Below are positions 14,592 to 26,297 of a stretch of DNA of 64,000 nucleotides, piece after piece (positions within the stretch are counted from its first letter, which is position 1; each line of letters opens with the position of its first letter). A model generated the notes under the pieces. The model had not been told where the DNA came from. It worked only from the letters and a program-made list of their open reading frames with translations, and did no database searches. Both the position numbers and the translations under genes were made by a program. This DNA comes from Eledone cirrhosa (lineage: Eukaryota). The stretch is from NCBI GenBank assembly GCA_964016885.1, contig OZ024744.1:32054001-32118000 (forward strand), in the 5' to 3' direction.

Positions 14592-14630
<39 letters not shown>

Positions 14631-14715
14631 AAACGGTAAACGGAAATAACAACACAATCGGTACAGTATATGAAAGGGATATATTAGGTTAACGCTTGAT
14701 ATAGCAGGAAGAGGG

Positions 14716-14751
14716 TCTTAACGTTTCGGATGCTAGTCCTTCATCAGAAGA
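14716..14751 (-). ncRNA. Minimal hammerhead ribozyme in a solo Penelope pLTR fragment
   Basis: TCTT-CTGATGA-aGGA ctagca TCC-GAA ACGT-T-AAGA. Confidence 0.8.
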
Positions 14752-14845
14752 AAGAATGAGAAAAAAAATAGATAGACGGGCGGGATGGAATTGAAAAAAA
14801 AGTCTTTAGATAAAAATAACAGGTCCATTCATGTCGACATCTCTT

Positions 14846-15003
14846 AGGCGGCGAATTGACAGAGTCGTTAGAACGTCAGATAGAATACTTTGCATTATTC
14901 GTTCTGTCCCTCTGTGCCCTGAGTTCAAATCACGCCGAACTCAACTTTGCTTTCATCCTTTCGAGGTCGATTAAAAAAGACCCAGTCTAGTACTGGGGTT
15001 GAT
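14846..15003 (+). mobile_element. tRNA-derived SINE (TTTCATCCTT-CGGGGTCGATAAA family)
   Basis: GAGTTCAAAT B-box and conserved body shared with many copies in the window. Confidence 0.7.
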
Positions 15004-15199
15004 TCTTACTCTATATCTCGTTCTTACCCCCCCCCCCCCCCCTCTCTCTCCTCTCTCCTCTCTCTCTTTCTCTGGAAGAAATCTGTTGTATTCAGGCCTG
15101 GAGAGGGATGGGCTCGACCAGGCTTAAAATACCCAAGAAACGGTGTATGTCAATATGGCGTTCCTACGACTTCCCCAAGAGTTACAGGACCATACATAC

Positions 15200-15267
<68 letters not shown>

Positions 15268-16192
15268 TTCTGTTTCATATTCCTTGTATATATCCTTATA
15301 TATATATCGCAGAAAAATTGCAAAATGCAATCAGTGATGTCGATGGAGAGCAGCTGATTTCAATCATTAACAGTATTTTGGTGAGATTACCGGAGAGATT
15401 TCCTATTTTCCTGCGAATTCTAATACACTTGCGTCTCAAACTCTATATTCGAGTTAACTTTGTTTATATATATATTGTTATACTTGGCGAGGGTCATGCT
15501 GCCAATAAAAAAACACGTTGCAAGACTCTACCAATGTATAAAAATATGTTTCAACAGATTAAAAAAAATCTTGCAAAACAAATTCCAAAACGACAATCGA
15601 AGTATATATATATATATATTCATTCAAAATATTAATAAAATAGATATTCTTGTGATCAATTATAGTTTATTATACATATTTCAGAGGTACTGAGTTAAAA
15701 TAGGATGATGCATGACATACCCTGACATAGCAGATGGTTAAGATTCAGTCATGGTAGTGATTGAGTGCTTCCAATCTATTGTAAAACTCATTCTTTGATG
15801 TATTCATTGAACCTTGTTTAACTTTTAAATATATATATATATATATAAGGTGAAGAAAATAAAGGTTAACCAACAGAATTTAGATTTAAAGAAAAGCTGT
15901 AAAAATATAAGAATGAATCATATTATATGAAGGAATGCAGTTGTAAATTCGCCATGAATTCCTTTTCCCGCCCACACATTTATCAAAAACATTTTAAACT
16001 ATTCAGCAGTAAATTGGGATGATATGTATACATGCAAACACACACACACACACACATATTTATATATATGTGTGTGTGTATGTGTGTGTAAAATTGCTTT
16101 TTTTCATTTTGATCGGTGTAAAATCAAAGTAAAATAAAGGAAACGTATGAGTACACACACACACGCGCACACACACACACATACATATATAT

Positions 16193-16266
16193 ATTGGGTC
16201 GTCAAGTATGAAATTTCTAAAAGTTTCTAGAAAAAATAAACTTCTACAAATTTCAAACTTGATGAC

Positions 16267-16272
<6 letters not shown>
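16193..16272. mobile_element. Tiny Tc1/mariner-type MITE
   Basis: TIRs TTGGGTCGTCAAG / CTTGATGACCCAA, about 78 bp long, TA flanks. Confidence 0.55.
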
Positions 16273-16336
<64 letters not shown>

Positions 16337-16337
<1 letters not shown>

Positions 16338-17457
16338 TTCAATGAAAAACAGAAGGACGGATTTCAAATATTTCTTTAATGTTGCAAAAATCACAATATA
16401 TATTTCTATGGTCTGATTATGTCATCAGATCATGATTCAATACTTATAACGACGTCATCAGATGTAAATTGTAAAGATTAAGTAATTAATTACTGGATTA
16501 CGAGTAACATAACCAGATAATAGCCGGGATTTGTTTCTGTACCTGGAAATCTTTGCATTAATTGAACATAATGTTCTAGAAAGTTATCCTATTTTGATAG
16601 GGTGAATCAACTCGGTCGGATGAACCCTGTACCGCATCCTGGGGAAGAATAGACTCCAGTGGTAGTTTTTTTTATCGACCTCGAAAGGATGAAATGTAAA
16701 GTTGACCTCAGCGGGAGTTGAACTCAGGGAACAGAGAACCGGAACTAATACCATAAAATTTTCTATCTGACATTCTAACGACTCTGAAATTCACGACCTA
16801 ATAATTAATTATTTACATTTTAACTAATCACTTACATTAGTATTATACTTACCTACTTTTCATAACCTTATACTTTTCAGAACTCTTTATAAACTTTGCT
16901 TTTTACTTTTCTTAATCTATTTATCGTTATAATTACTCATAATTATTTACCACTGGTTTTTCATTTTTATAATCCTTTACATTTTTATAATAAGTATCCC
17001 TTTAAGCGATTCATAGTCACGCTACGCTTATTTTCGGCAAGAGACGGCTATCGCACCATATTTAGCGCCCCCTGACCCTTTGAAACAACAACAAACGGTT
17101 CTGATTACTAGCGTAGCAGTATCGGAGGACAGCAGAATTCTCTCGCTGCCAAACCACCCCACCTCCTTGGTCGCACCTAAGAACTTACAATGCATAGCAT
17201 TACCGAGTGTGTGGCATCCAGAGCTGGTTCTTCCTAGCAGACTGGATGGCATTTCGTCTCTGAATCAAGTATGTTCTCTGTTTATGTTTGTCGTAATCCA
17301 GTAATTGATTACTTAATCTTAGCAATTTTCACCTGATGAAGTCGCCAAAGGTTTTATATCATAATCTGGTGACATAAGTAGGTAATAGAAATACGTATTG
17401 TGATTTTTGTAACATTGAAAGAATATTTGGAATCTGGCCTTCCGGTCTCATTGAAAC
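16337..17457. mobile_element. Element bounded by diverged inverted hammerhead-containing repeats
   Basis: 16337-16510 resembles the reverse complement of 17290-17457; a SINE is nested at about 16655-16795. Confidence 0.65.
17329..17403 (+). ncRNA. Hammerhead ribozyme with long stem II region (degenerate minus-strand partner at 16391-16466)
   Basis: TCAC-CTGATGA-(about 48 nt)-GAA ATACGTAT-T-GTGA. Confidence 0.65.
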
Positions 17458-17597
17458 TTTTAACTCCGTTTCTGTACCAACCATGAGGCACCACATCTAA
17501 AAGGATTTGCATAACGTTGAGTGCTTTTGCGTATGTATCATGATCTGCAAATTGGAATGACCAGATCTACCAATTAGTTAAACCTCCCAACATAGAT

Positions 17598-17654
<57 letters not shown>

Positions 17655-17959
17655 ACCTCATTGATATATATATTAGGTTATGCAAGAAATGCTTAGGATT
17701 ATCCTAAGCAGCTCTGAAGAATTGGTTGTACGAACAGCATTTGAAAATTGAGTATCTGCAAATTAATAATTACCAATTTGCATATAGCATGACTAGGCTG
17801 TGCAACTACTGTGTAATGACATTACAACAGCAGAGGTCCGACGAGCTTTTGATCCCAGAGTTGGGCCAGATTGATACAGATCGAACCTTGAGCTGATCAA
17901 TAGCGAAACGCGTGTCACCAATCAATAAACGTAATGAAGGCCTAACAAATCGTTCTTGT

Positions 17960-18056
<97 letters not shown>

Positions 18057-18214
18057 GGAGAGATAAATATACACGGGTGTGTATGATTGTGTATAGAAGA
18101 TTATATTAATAAGAGGAATTCCAACTTTGTCTGATTTACTCGTTTTATTTACAATCCTTTTATTTGCAATTTTCAACAGTTGAAAATTGCAAACTTGACT
18201 GTCACCGCACATTA

Positions 18215-18253
18215 TGAACCTGAAGATTGCGAAAGCATGAAAGTACTTGTTCA
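18215..18253 (+). ncRNA. Minimal hammerhead ribozyme, inside a unit with inverted ends 18102-18156/18319-18374
   Basis: TGAAC-CTGAAGA-tTGC GAAA GCAt-GAA AGTACT-T-GTTCA. Confidence 0.85.
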
Positions 18254-18365
18254 ATTAACACTTAACATTTAATATTCTATCATACTATTTCATTATAATA
18301 CCATTATAAATTTTAAATGATTGTAAATAAAACGAGTAAATCAGACAAAGTTGGAATTCCTCTTA

Positions 18366-18400
<35 letters not shown>

Positions 18401-18756
18401 GATAACATGTTATCGTTTTAGGTAATCCGTTTTAGGTAATATATATATTTATTTATCATATATATCATTTGTTTTACCTTAATGCATGCTATATGCTATT
18501 ATTTACATTCTTGGTATGATATTCTTCATATATTTAGTTTATAATACGTTATAATACTTTTCAATATTTTACTATCTTTTGTTCTTCTTACTTCTTCATA
18601 TATTTAGTTTATAATACTTTATAATACTTTTCAATATTTTACTATCTTTTGTTCTTCTTACTCTTCAATATATTGTTACTGACACTAATAATTATAATGT
18701 ATCTTAATGAATGTTCTAAAGATTAGGAATTTATTTATTTGTTTTGACATTGTATA

Positions 18757-18803
18757 TGCTCCGATGATTCCAGAAATTTATCTGGAAGAAACGATCGTCA
18801 GTA
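18757..18803 (+). ncRNA. Hammerhead ribozyme with CCGATGA (U4C) core
   Basis: TGCT-CCGATGA-TTCCAGA aattta TCTGGAA-GAA ACGATCGT-C-AGTA. Confidence 0.7.
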
Positions 18804-18912
18804 ATTAAATGCATTAACAAAAATTTGATTGCTCTCCATGTTGTATATATATCTATATCTATATCTATATCTATATATATATTTATATATACATATATAT
18901 ACGCACATATAC

Positions 18913-18992
<80 letters not shown>

Positions 18993-19397
18993 ATATATAT
19001 ATATGTATATGTGTGTGTGTATCCAACATATCTGAAGAATATCTAAGTTGTTATTTGAAAAGCAACGTTAAACGTTTGGCTGGTTTTCTTTCTAAAGAAG
19101 TCCGCCGCAAGGCATCCACTGGATTAAAATAAGCAATACCGTACTTTATTTATTATTTATTTTTTTTACAAAATACAAGAAACCTCATCTATGGCAATGA
19201 ATCTTCGGTAATGACCAGAAGAATGCGATCGCAAATACAAGCGGCCAATATGGGATTCCTCCGAATGGTCTTTGGAATAATGTTACTCGATACAGTGGGT
19301 AGCTCGGAGTTTAGAGAGTTACTCCAGGTAGAGTTGCTACTTCTCCTAATTAAGATATCACAGCTCTGATACTGTGGACATGTGGTTAGAATGTCTC

Positions 19398-19510
19398 AGA
19401 AGAAGAAGAAGAAGAAGAAGAAGGTGGAAGAGGTGGAAGAGGAGGGGGAGGGGGGTGAGAAGGAGAAGGAGAAGGGGAAGAAGAAGAAGAAGAAGAAGAA
19501 GAAGAAGAAG

Positions 19511-19540
<30 letters not shown>
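19398..19540 (+). repeat. (GAA)n/(GAG)n trinucleotide microsatellite
   Basis: Read directly. Confidence 0.95.
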
Positions 19541-19541
<1 letters not shown>

Positions 19542-20027
19542 CTTTATTAGAATTTTATTTTTGAAATCATTTACTATTTCATCTAATCTTTTAAATTCCA
19601 TTTAACCTTTATTTTTTATTTTTTTATTTTTTATTTTTATTTTTTAGAAATTGGAAGAAAATTTGAGCTGTGAGAGATTTAGTAAAAATCAAATAGGAGA
19701 CTGAAATAGGAATAAATCTTAAGCAAATAGGGCTAAGAATTTCCTTTTACTTTTTATTCTTTGTTTCTTCTAAATCCGGAATAAAAGGCAATGTTTGCAA
19801 TAAGGATCTTAAACATGTAAGTAGACGCCCCTTATCTTATCCGTTTCGGCTATTTCGCATCGCTGGTAAGTAAATAAATAAATGAAAGGATATACGTTTT
19901 GGCCATATCCTTCTCTATATACGTGACCGGATGTTAATCATAACAATAGCATGTCACTCTGCATCTGCCGAGGAAAATAACTGGAAAACAGCTCTAACAA
20001 TTTATATTTGTTATTACTGGGGTGGTG

Positions 20028-20256
20028 AGGGTGGTGGATTAGCAGTATCGGCAGAACATCGGACACTATGCTTTGCAGCATAGAGTTACGGTCCTTTACG
20101 GTCTGATTTCAAATCCCCCCCCCCCCCCCGGTTAATTTTGCCTTTCATCCTTATGGGGTTGATAAAATAAAGTACCAGTAACGTACTGGCGTCGATTTAT
20201 TCGAAAAAAAAAATTACCGGCTTTGTGTCTATACTAGAAATCATTATTATTATTAT
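20028..20256 (+). mobile_element. tRNA-derived SINE with (ATT)n tail
   Basis: Conserved body TTTCATCCTTATGGGGTTGATAAAATAAAGTACCAGT and tail GAAATCATTATTATT. Confidence 0.75.
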
Positions 20257-20385
20257 TGTCAAGCAAATTGAAGTCTTGGTTGGAAAGAATCTCAAAGATC
20301 AAGGCCCCGCAAACTGCACTGAACTGCTTTGAGAAAAGATTTCCGAATTAAATTTGAAACAGGAAAACCTTACAGAAGCAAATCG

Positions 20386-20464
<79 letters not shown>

Positions 20465-20562
20465 TAAATATATATATATAAATATACAATACACACACAC
20501 ATATATATATATATTATATATATATATTGGACGCATAGGTATCCTCATCTTGTTTTGTTGTT

Positions 20563-20608
20563 AACACAACGTTTCGGCTGATGTACTCTCCAGCCTTCAT
20601 CAGGTGTC
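20563..20608 (-). ncRNA. Minimal hammerhead ribozyme
   Basis: GACAC-CTGATGA-aGGCTG gagagtacat CAGCC-GAA ACGT-T-GTGTT. Confidence 0.85.
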
Positions 20609-20750
20609 CTAGTGATGTTATTATTAACGTTTGTTCAGGTCAGTGCCTAGAATTGTACTCGGAATCTTGAGGTTAGTAGCGCACTTTTTTAAGATTCCGA
20701 GTACAATTCTAGGCACTGACCTGAACAAACGTTAATAATAACATCACTAG

Positions 20751-20796
20751 GACACCTGATGAAGGTTGGAGAGTACATCAGCCGAAACGTTGTGTT
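20751..20796 (+). ncRNA. Minimal hammerhead ribozyme (inverted copy)
   Basis: GACAC-CTGATGA-aGGTTG..CAGCC-GAA ACGT-T-GTGTT. Confidence 0.8.
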
Positions 20797-20956
20797 AACA
20801 ACAAAACAAAATGAGGACACCTATCCGTCCAATATATATAATGTAAATAATTCCTCGTCTCAAAAATATAGAACAATATATATATATATATCAAGTAAGA
20901 ATATTTTCGAAACAGCGAGTTGGTTTGAAATTATTATAAATGTAAGCTATCGCCGT

Positions 20957-21101
20957 ATTTTGACTAAAGAAATTAAAGAAATTATTTAGCCTGATAGTGG
21001 GGTTAAGAACCCTCGGAGAAATGGAAAAAGGTGAGTACTGACGTACATTTCCATTTCTCCACTATCAGGCTAAATAATTTCTTTAATTTCTTTAGTCAAA
21101 A
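20957..21101. repeat. Inverted repeat (about 43-bp arms) with an inner 13-bp inverted repeat
   Basis: TTTTGACTAAAG...GATAGTGG / CCACTATC...CTTTAGTCAAAA. Confidence 0.85.
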
Positions 21102-21122
21102 TTTCTAATAATATACATTTCT

Positions 21123-21223
<101 letters not shown>

Positions 21224-21224
21224 C

Positions 21225-21301
<77 letters not shown>

Positions 21302-21433
21302 AGAAATGTAAATCTGAGTTTTTCGAATATTAATAATAATATTCGATTCGTTTGCAATTATGCAAACAGCCCCTTAAGCCATGTCAGTAGAATGGCCTCG
21401 TCATTCTTGCTCTCGTATTGGAATGTAAACAGA

Positions 21434-21480
21434 ACTGCAGACACTTATGTTTCTGGTTAATTACCCCTCATCAGTACAGT
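21434..21480 (-). ncRNA. Hammerhead ribozyme with canonical GUC cleavage triplet
   Basis: ACTGTA-CTGATGA-ggGGT aatta ACCa-GAA ACA taag TGT-C-TGCAGT. Confidence 0.75.
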
Positions 21481-22477
21481 TTATCTGCCAACTGTCAGAG
21501 CAAATGAAAATATATGATATTTTCTGGAATATATAGTAACTGATCGGCCTGATTTGCATATTTATTGGCAGACTGTCTGATCAGTCAGATCTGCATATTA
21601 TCTGACCCACTGATTAACTAGATTTGTATATCAGCAGATAGACCGGTCAGTTTTATGTACAAAGGATCGATCGACTTTCGTCAAATCGGACCGAAGAAAC
21701 AATGTTTTCATCGGTCTTTCCAGTTGCTAATACTATCTATCGGTCGCAACTCCAGGTTTATGTATATGAGCTATTAATAGCCGGCTTTGCCACAGTCAAA
21801 TAACTAAAAGATAGTTTTATCCCTCTACATGGCTGATACGTAAAAGTGAATCATATATAGCATTATATGTTTTATTTGTATACACATGTACAATTTAGGT
21901 ACTGAAAAAGAAAGCAGTATTTGAAAGGACTATACATGCGATAAATGAGAGGAAAGTGTGGGGAAGAGCAAGGACTATTAGACAAAGAAGAAAGAAAGGA
22001 GGAAGGGGAGAAAATGACAGATTCTACACCTAGGTCAGTGTGGTGTTTTGGTTGCGCCACGTGGACAAAATGGCAAAGGCATTTCCGTGGACACACGCTG
22101 TGACACACGCTGCGACAGTCACCTCACCTCCCGGCGCTTTTTCCTCAGACGGGCTGCTATCAATCCTATTTTACGAAGGAGGTCAGCTGTCCGAGGTCAG
22201 CTGTCCGAGGTCAGAGGACGCCTGAACTCTCAAAGAGGAAGTGACCGGACAAACTCCAGTATTTGTTTTCTTTTTCTGTATGTTTAAACAAATTAAAATG
22301 AAATACTTAGTAATGTAGTTCAAGTAACGTCGTGTTCTTTCTTATCTTTCTTTTCTTTTCGCAGTTCTCCCTCCTTAAACAGGTTTCAAATTGATGTCAT
22401 AATACAAACTTCTCACTCAACTTTGTATTCAAGTTTCAAATCACCGTGAACCGATTTTCTGAATCAATGTTTATCTG

Positions 22478-22682
22478 AGCGGTGGATTAGAAGAATTTAA
22501 ACTGTTAGACAAAATACTTTGCAGATTTATCACGATTCTTTATGACTTAAGGTCAAACCTCACCGAGGTCAACTTTGTTATTCACCTCACCAGGAGTCGA
22601 TAAAATAAGGAACTGGGATCGATGTAATCAACTTTCCCGTCACTTCTAAATTACAGGCCTTCTGCCTAAATCGAAACAATTA
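22478..22682 (+). mobile_element. tRNA-derived SINE, diverged
   Basis: Same body as the other SINE copies (GAGGTCAACTTTG...GTCGATAAAATAAG). Confidence 0.65.
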
Positions 22683-22714
22683 ATTCAAGTAATTTTGATT
22701 ATAAAATGAATGAA

Positions 22715-22753
<39 letters not shown>

Positions 22754-23036
22754 AAAATCGTCGTACTAGAAATATACTCTTTATCGTATTTCTTCATATG
22801 AAACAATCAATTAAACTTTTAACTCTTAAAAAGTACTTAATACTTGGAAAAGTACAGAGTGAAATAAACCGGACGTTTATTACCACAGATCTCAATATTT
22901 TAAATTTATTCTACTATAGTCTTGTATTGAGATCTTCTATATAGATAATCTATAATATAATAAAGGGAGGAGTGTGGGACAGCGTTTTATATTTTTTAAA
23001 TTCCGTTAATAAAATAAGTTGGATAACTTCGAATAA

Positions 23037-23228
23037 ATAATTGTTTCTACTTTAGGCACAAGGCCAGCAATTACCCAGTGCATTACTGGTACTTTATTTT
23101 ATCGACCCCGTAAGGATGAAAGGCAAAGTCAACCTCGGCGGAATTTGAACTCAGATCGTAAAGGGAGGTAACTCTATGTGTCAAAGCATGGCATCCGACC
23201 CTCTACCGATACTGCAATCCACCGCCTT
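23037..23228 (-). mobile_element. tRNA-derived SINE, full length
   Basis: Reverse complement: head GGCGGTGGATTGCAGTATCGG, B-box GAGTTCAAATTCC, body, and tail GGCCTTGTGCCTAAAGTAGAAACAATTA. Confidence 0.8.
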
Positions 23229-24088
23229 CGAATAAATAATGAATGAATATTACATAATTTATGTAATAAATTTCGTAGCTGTTGATTTAACATAAATATT
23301 CTTATATATAATGATTGCTTATTTTAAGATTCACTTCTTTTAAAATTTTCAAATGTCAATACTTCCGATTATGATATAACGGACGCTATATCACATATCG
23401 CTTATATTCATATATTTGTATCGTTATATCATAACGTTTATATTTCTGTCGCTAATTTTCTCCTTTTTGTTTTCATTACATGTCACCATAATACAGTTTA
23501 TATATAATATCGTCTTTTTAAAATGTACCATGGATTACTTTACTGATTACAGAAGAGAGGGTAACACAGACTCTCTTCAATTTCAGTGCATATTGTCAAT
23601 TACAGTGTTATTTGTCGTATCATATCTACATACATATATATTTGCATATAATATTAATATACACACTACACATGCTAGCAGAAAACCACCCGAAAGGTGG
23701 TTTTTCTGCTAGTAGTCTATAAGGGTCTAAGAAAAATACGTCCATTCAAATTTTCTTTTGTTTAAATCATAACAATTTCGAGCAAATGTACATCAATGTG
23801 GTCTCGCGAATTTATAAATTTAGTGAACAAAACTTTCTCAAATCACATCCTAATGCCTTAAAGGTCGGAATAACACAAACATTATTTAATAATTTCATTT
23901 TAGATACATTAGTAATAGTACTAATATAGCATGATTCATAATACATGTGTATATGAAAGCACATACAATATGTTAACTTAAAATTAACATACATATGCCA
24001 CGCTAAGGGTATTTTAAGCTGTTAACAAGTATTACAATTGTATTAACTATATCTCTCTCATTCTCTCTCTCTCTCCTTCTCTCTCTCT

Positions 24089-24126
<38 letters not shown>

Positions 24127-24225
24127 TTAGGTAGTAACATGTACTTACGCCGTATTTGACTACATAGAATTAGTCTTTTAGTTGGGATTTAAAAAACCCC
24201 TCTGAATGGAAAAAAGAATGAGTAT

Positions 24226-24296
24226 TGATGTACATGGGGCACGAAACCACATCATTGGTTTGCCGGACCAATGTGTTACCATTACACCAACACGCT
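24226..24296 (-). pseudogene. tRNA-like head (pseudo-tRNA) of a repeat family
   Basis: Reverse complement shows a D-arm GTGT/ACAC with TGGTGTAATGG A-box, anticodon stem TTGGT/ACCAA and TTCG T-loop; acceptor stem is broken. Confidence 0.55.
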
Positions 24297-24384
24297 AACC
24301 ATACTTCCTGCCATTCAATTATAATCTATATAACTATAGCAGGTATATATAGATGTATGTAAATAGGAAGACCAGGATTTCCAA

Positions 24385-25790
24385 ACCACGCGTACTAGCT
24401 CCCATTTTCGACGTCTATTAGATCTTCGCATCTGTTAGTCGGCCGGGAATGGGAGGTGGGGTAGCAGTGCTGTTTAGGAATAGCCTAGATCTCGAGGTAA
24501 GGTTGATCTTTCGGGACTCGCACGGTAAGTTTGTGGTCCTGGACGTAAGCAATAGCGAAGGTGGTGCCTTTAGACTGGTGGCCGTATACGGCCCTGTCGG
24601 GGCCGGACGGCCGGACTTCTTTAGGTGCCTGGAAGCCTTTCTGGGCACGTCTCGCCTTTTTCTGTTAGCGGGGGACTGGAACGGCATCTTGGACGCAAAC
24701 CGGGACTGTGTGGGAGTAGCTGACAAGAGCGCGAGTGCAAAACCCTCAAGAACCTGATTAGCCAGTTCCAACTGCCTGACAGGTACCAACTAGATTTACC
24801 TAATTCAAAACCGTTTCTGATCCCCCGATTGGTCCGTCAAGGGTGCCCTCTCTCCTCCCTTCTGTACGTATTGATTCTCGAGCCTTTACTGTGGAAGCTG
24901 TTGCAGGACATCCCGCTCGAACTGGGACGCGGAAAGGCTGTGTCGGCTTATGCGGACGACATCACTTTGATGGTGTCGGACACCTCGGAAATCGAGGTGG
25001 TCGGCAACTTATTTGAGGAATATGAAAGGTTGACGGGGGCGAAACTTAACCTAGAAAAGTCGGTGGACGTGCAGCTCGGCACCTGCAGAGGTAAGACCAT
25101 GCCATCCAACAGCGTCGTCGGGCGCTTGACGGACGGACTGGACCAGACCTCTAGCTGGATAAGAATTAGGACGAGGTGACGTTTAATGTAGCCACTCTAA
25201 CCCGAAAATGGCCTGCGATGAAGCTCTCACTGAAAGGTTGGGCGGAGGTGATGAATGCGTACATCGCATCCGTCATATACTACCGCCTGACCGCCGTGCC
25301 TTGCCCTCGTTCCTGCCTGCCAAGTTGGAACGGCTTTTCTTCAGCTTCTTGTGGAGGCGACAGGTTCCGTTTGTGAGGCGGTTCGTTTGCTGCCAACACC
25401 CTCTACGCGGAGGGCTGGGCGTGCCGTGGCTAATGATGCGCAAGCATGCGCTGAGATTGGGGCTTCTCGAAGCATTCTGATTAAACAGCAAACAGGTGTG
25501 GTCGCCGTTTTTTAGACGGGCCTTTGCGCAGCTTATTTCCTTAACTGAGCTGCAGTCTTGTGTCAAGAAGAGACCGAAACTGGATGACTGGCATCTAGAA
25601 TGTTGCCAAACAGTCACAGCCCTCTACCAAGCGGGCAATACGGTCAGTGGAACTTCCACTTGAGTTCTATAGAGGATTAGTAGTGGCAAGTGCGACGATG
25701 CCCTCGACGAAGTCGAATTTACCAGTCTGTTCCGGAGGACCTTTGAGCCAGGGACGATAGATAACTTCCAGAAATTCTTCGGTTGGCATT
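24385..25790 (+). mobile_element. Tx1/L1-type LINE fragment, internally deleted (APE piece joined to RT-3' piece)
   Basis: GGGVAVLF...LLAGDWNG followed closely by VRQGCPLS...YADD; homologous to the 43-49 kb copy. Confidence 0.9.
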
Positions 25791-26083
25791 TCGAATTAAT
25801 CACCTCGTTTACACAGACGATAAAACCATATATTCGCGCCTGTTTTCAAGTCCAGCACTCGCAAATGTGTGAGGGATCATCCTAATGAGAATCAGTTAAG
25901 TTCGAAATGCATGGGAGATTGTTCCCCTTGCTTCTGCTTGACACCACCGTTAGCCCCGGTGTTTTGCATAGCTACAGCTTTCTAAATGTTTACCTCTAAA
26001 CATACCGTATTTCTATAGAAATACGAAATTCTAATACATATCTGTATACAGCTATGCATGAAGTTAAATCCTAATTCTATTTT

Positions 26084-26135
<52 letters not shown>

Positions 26136-26185
26136 GAAAAAGTGGAGAATAACATGGTCAACAGTACAAAAAAGGGGTTTTATTT

Positions 26186-26297
26186 AGAGTCTAACAATTG
26201 TTTCACTGATAAAGTTGTCTAAAAATTGCTGAACACTAGAAGCAGTGCCACTCAATTTTAAATGCGATGTTTACTCGATCAGATCTTCGGAAACTGT
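26186..26297 (-). ncRNA. Hammerhead, CCGAAGA core, long stem II insert
   Basis: Reverse-complement counterpart of 27605-27716. Confidence 0.6.

Larger units (their letters stand above)
13773..14595 (-). mobile_element. Non-coding hammerhead-bearing Penelope derivative: partial tandem (unit about 488 bp) plus inverted pLTR
   Basis: 13773-13952 is repeated at 14261-14440; 14441-14595 is the reverse complement of about 13870-14023; (TA)n on both sides. Confidence 0.85.
20525..20835. mobile_element. Fold-back pLTR-like element with two opposed hammerheads and a tRNA-like B-box segment
   Basis: 20525-20668 is the reverse complement of 20691-20835 (22-nt spacer); (TA)n flanks. Confidence 0.85.

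Noticed and set aside
19792-19999. TGT...ACA segment resembling a solo LTR (also about 22099-22381)
   Set aside because: No target-site duplication and no second copy in the window.
22190-22215. GGTCAGCTGTCCGA short direct repeats as CRISPR-like
   Set aside because: Only two to three abutting 14-mers with no spacers, in eukaryotic DNA.
24226-24296. Functional tRNA gene
   Set aside because: Acceptor stem is unpaired and U33 is missing; treated as a repeat head.
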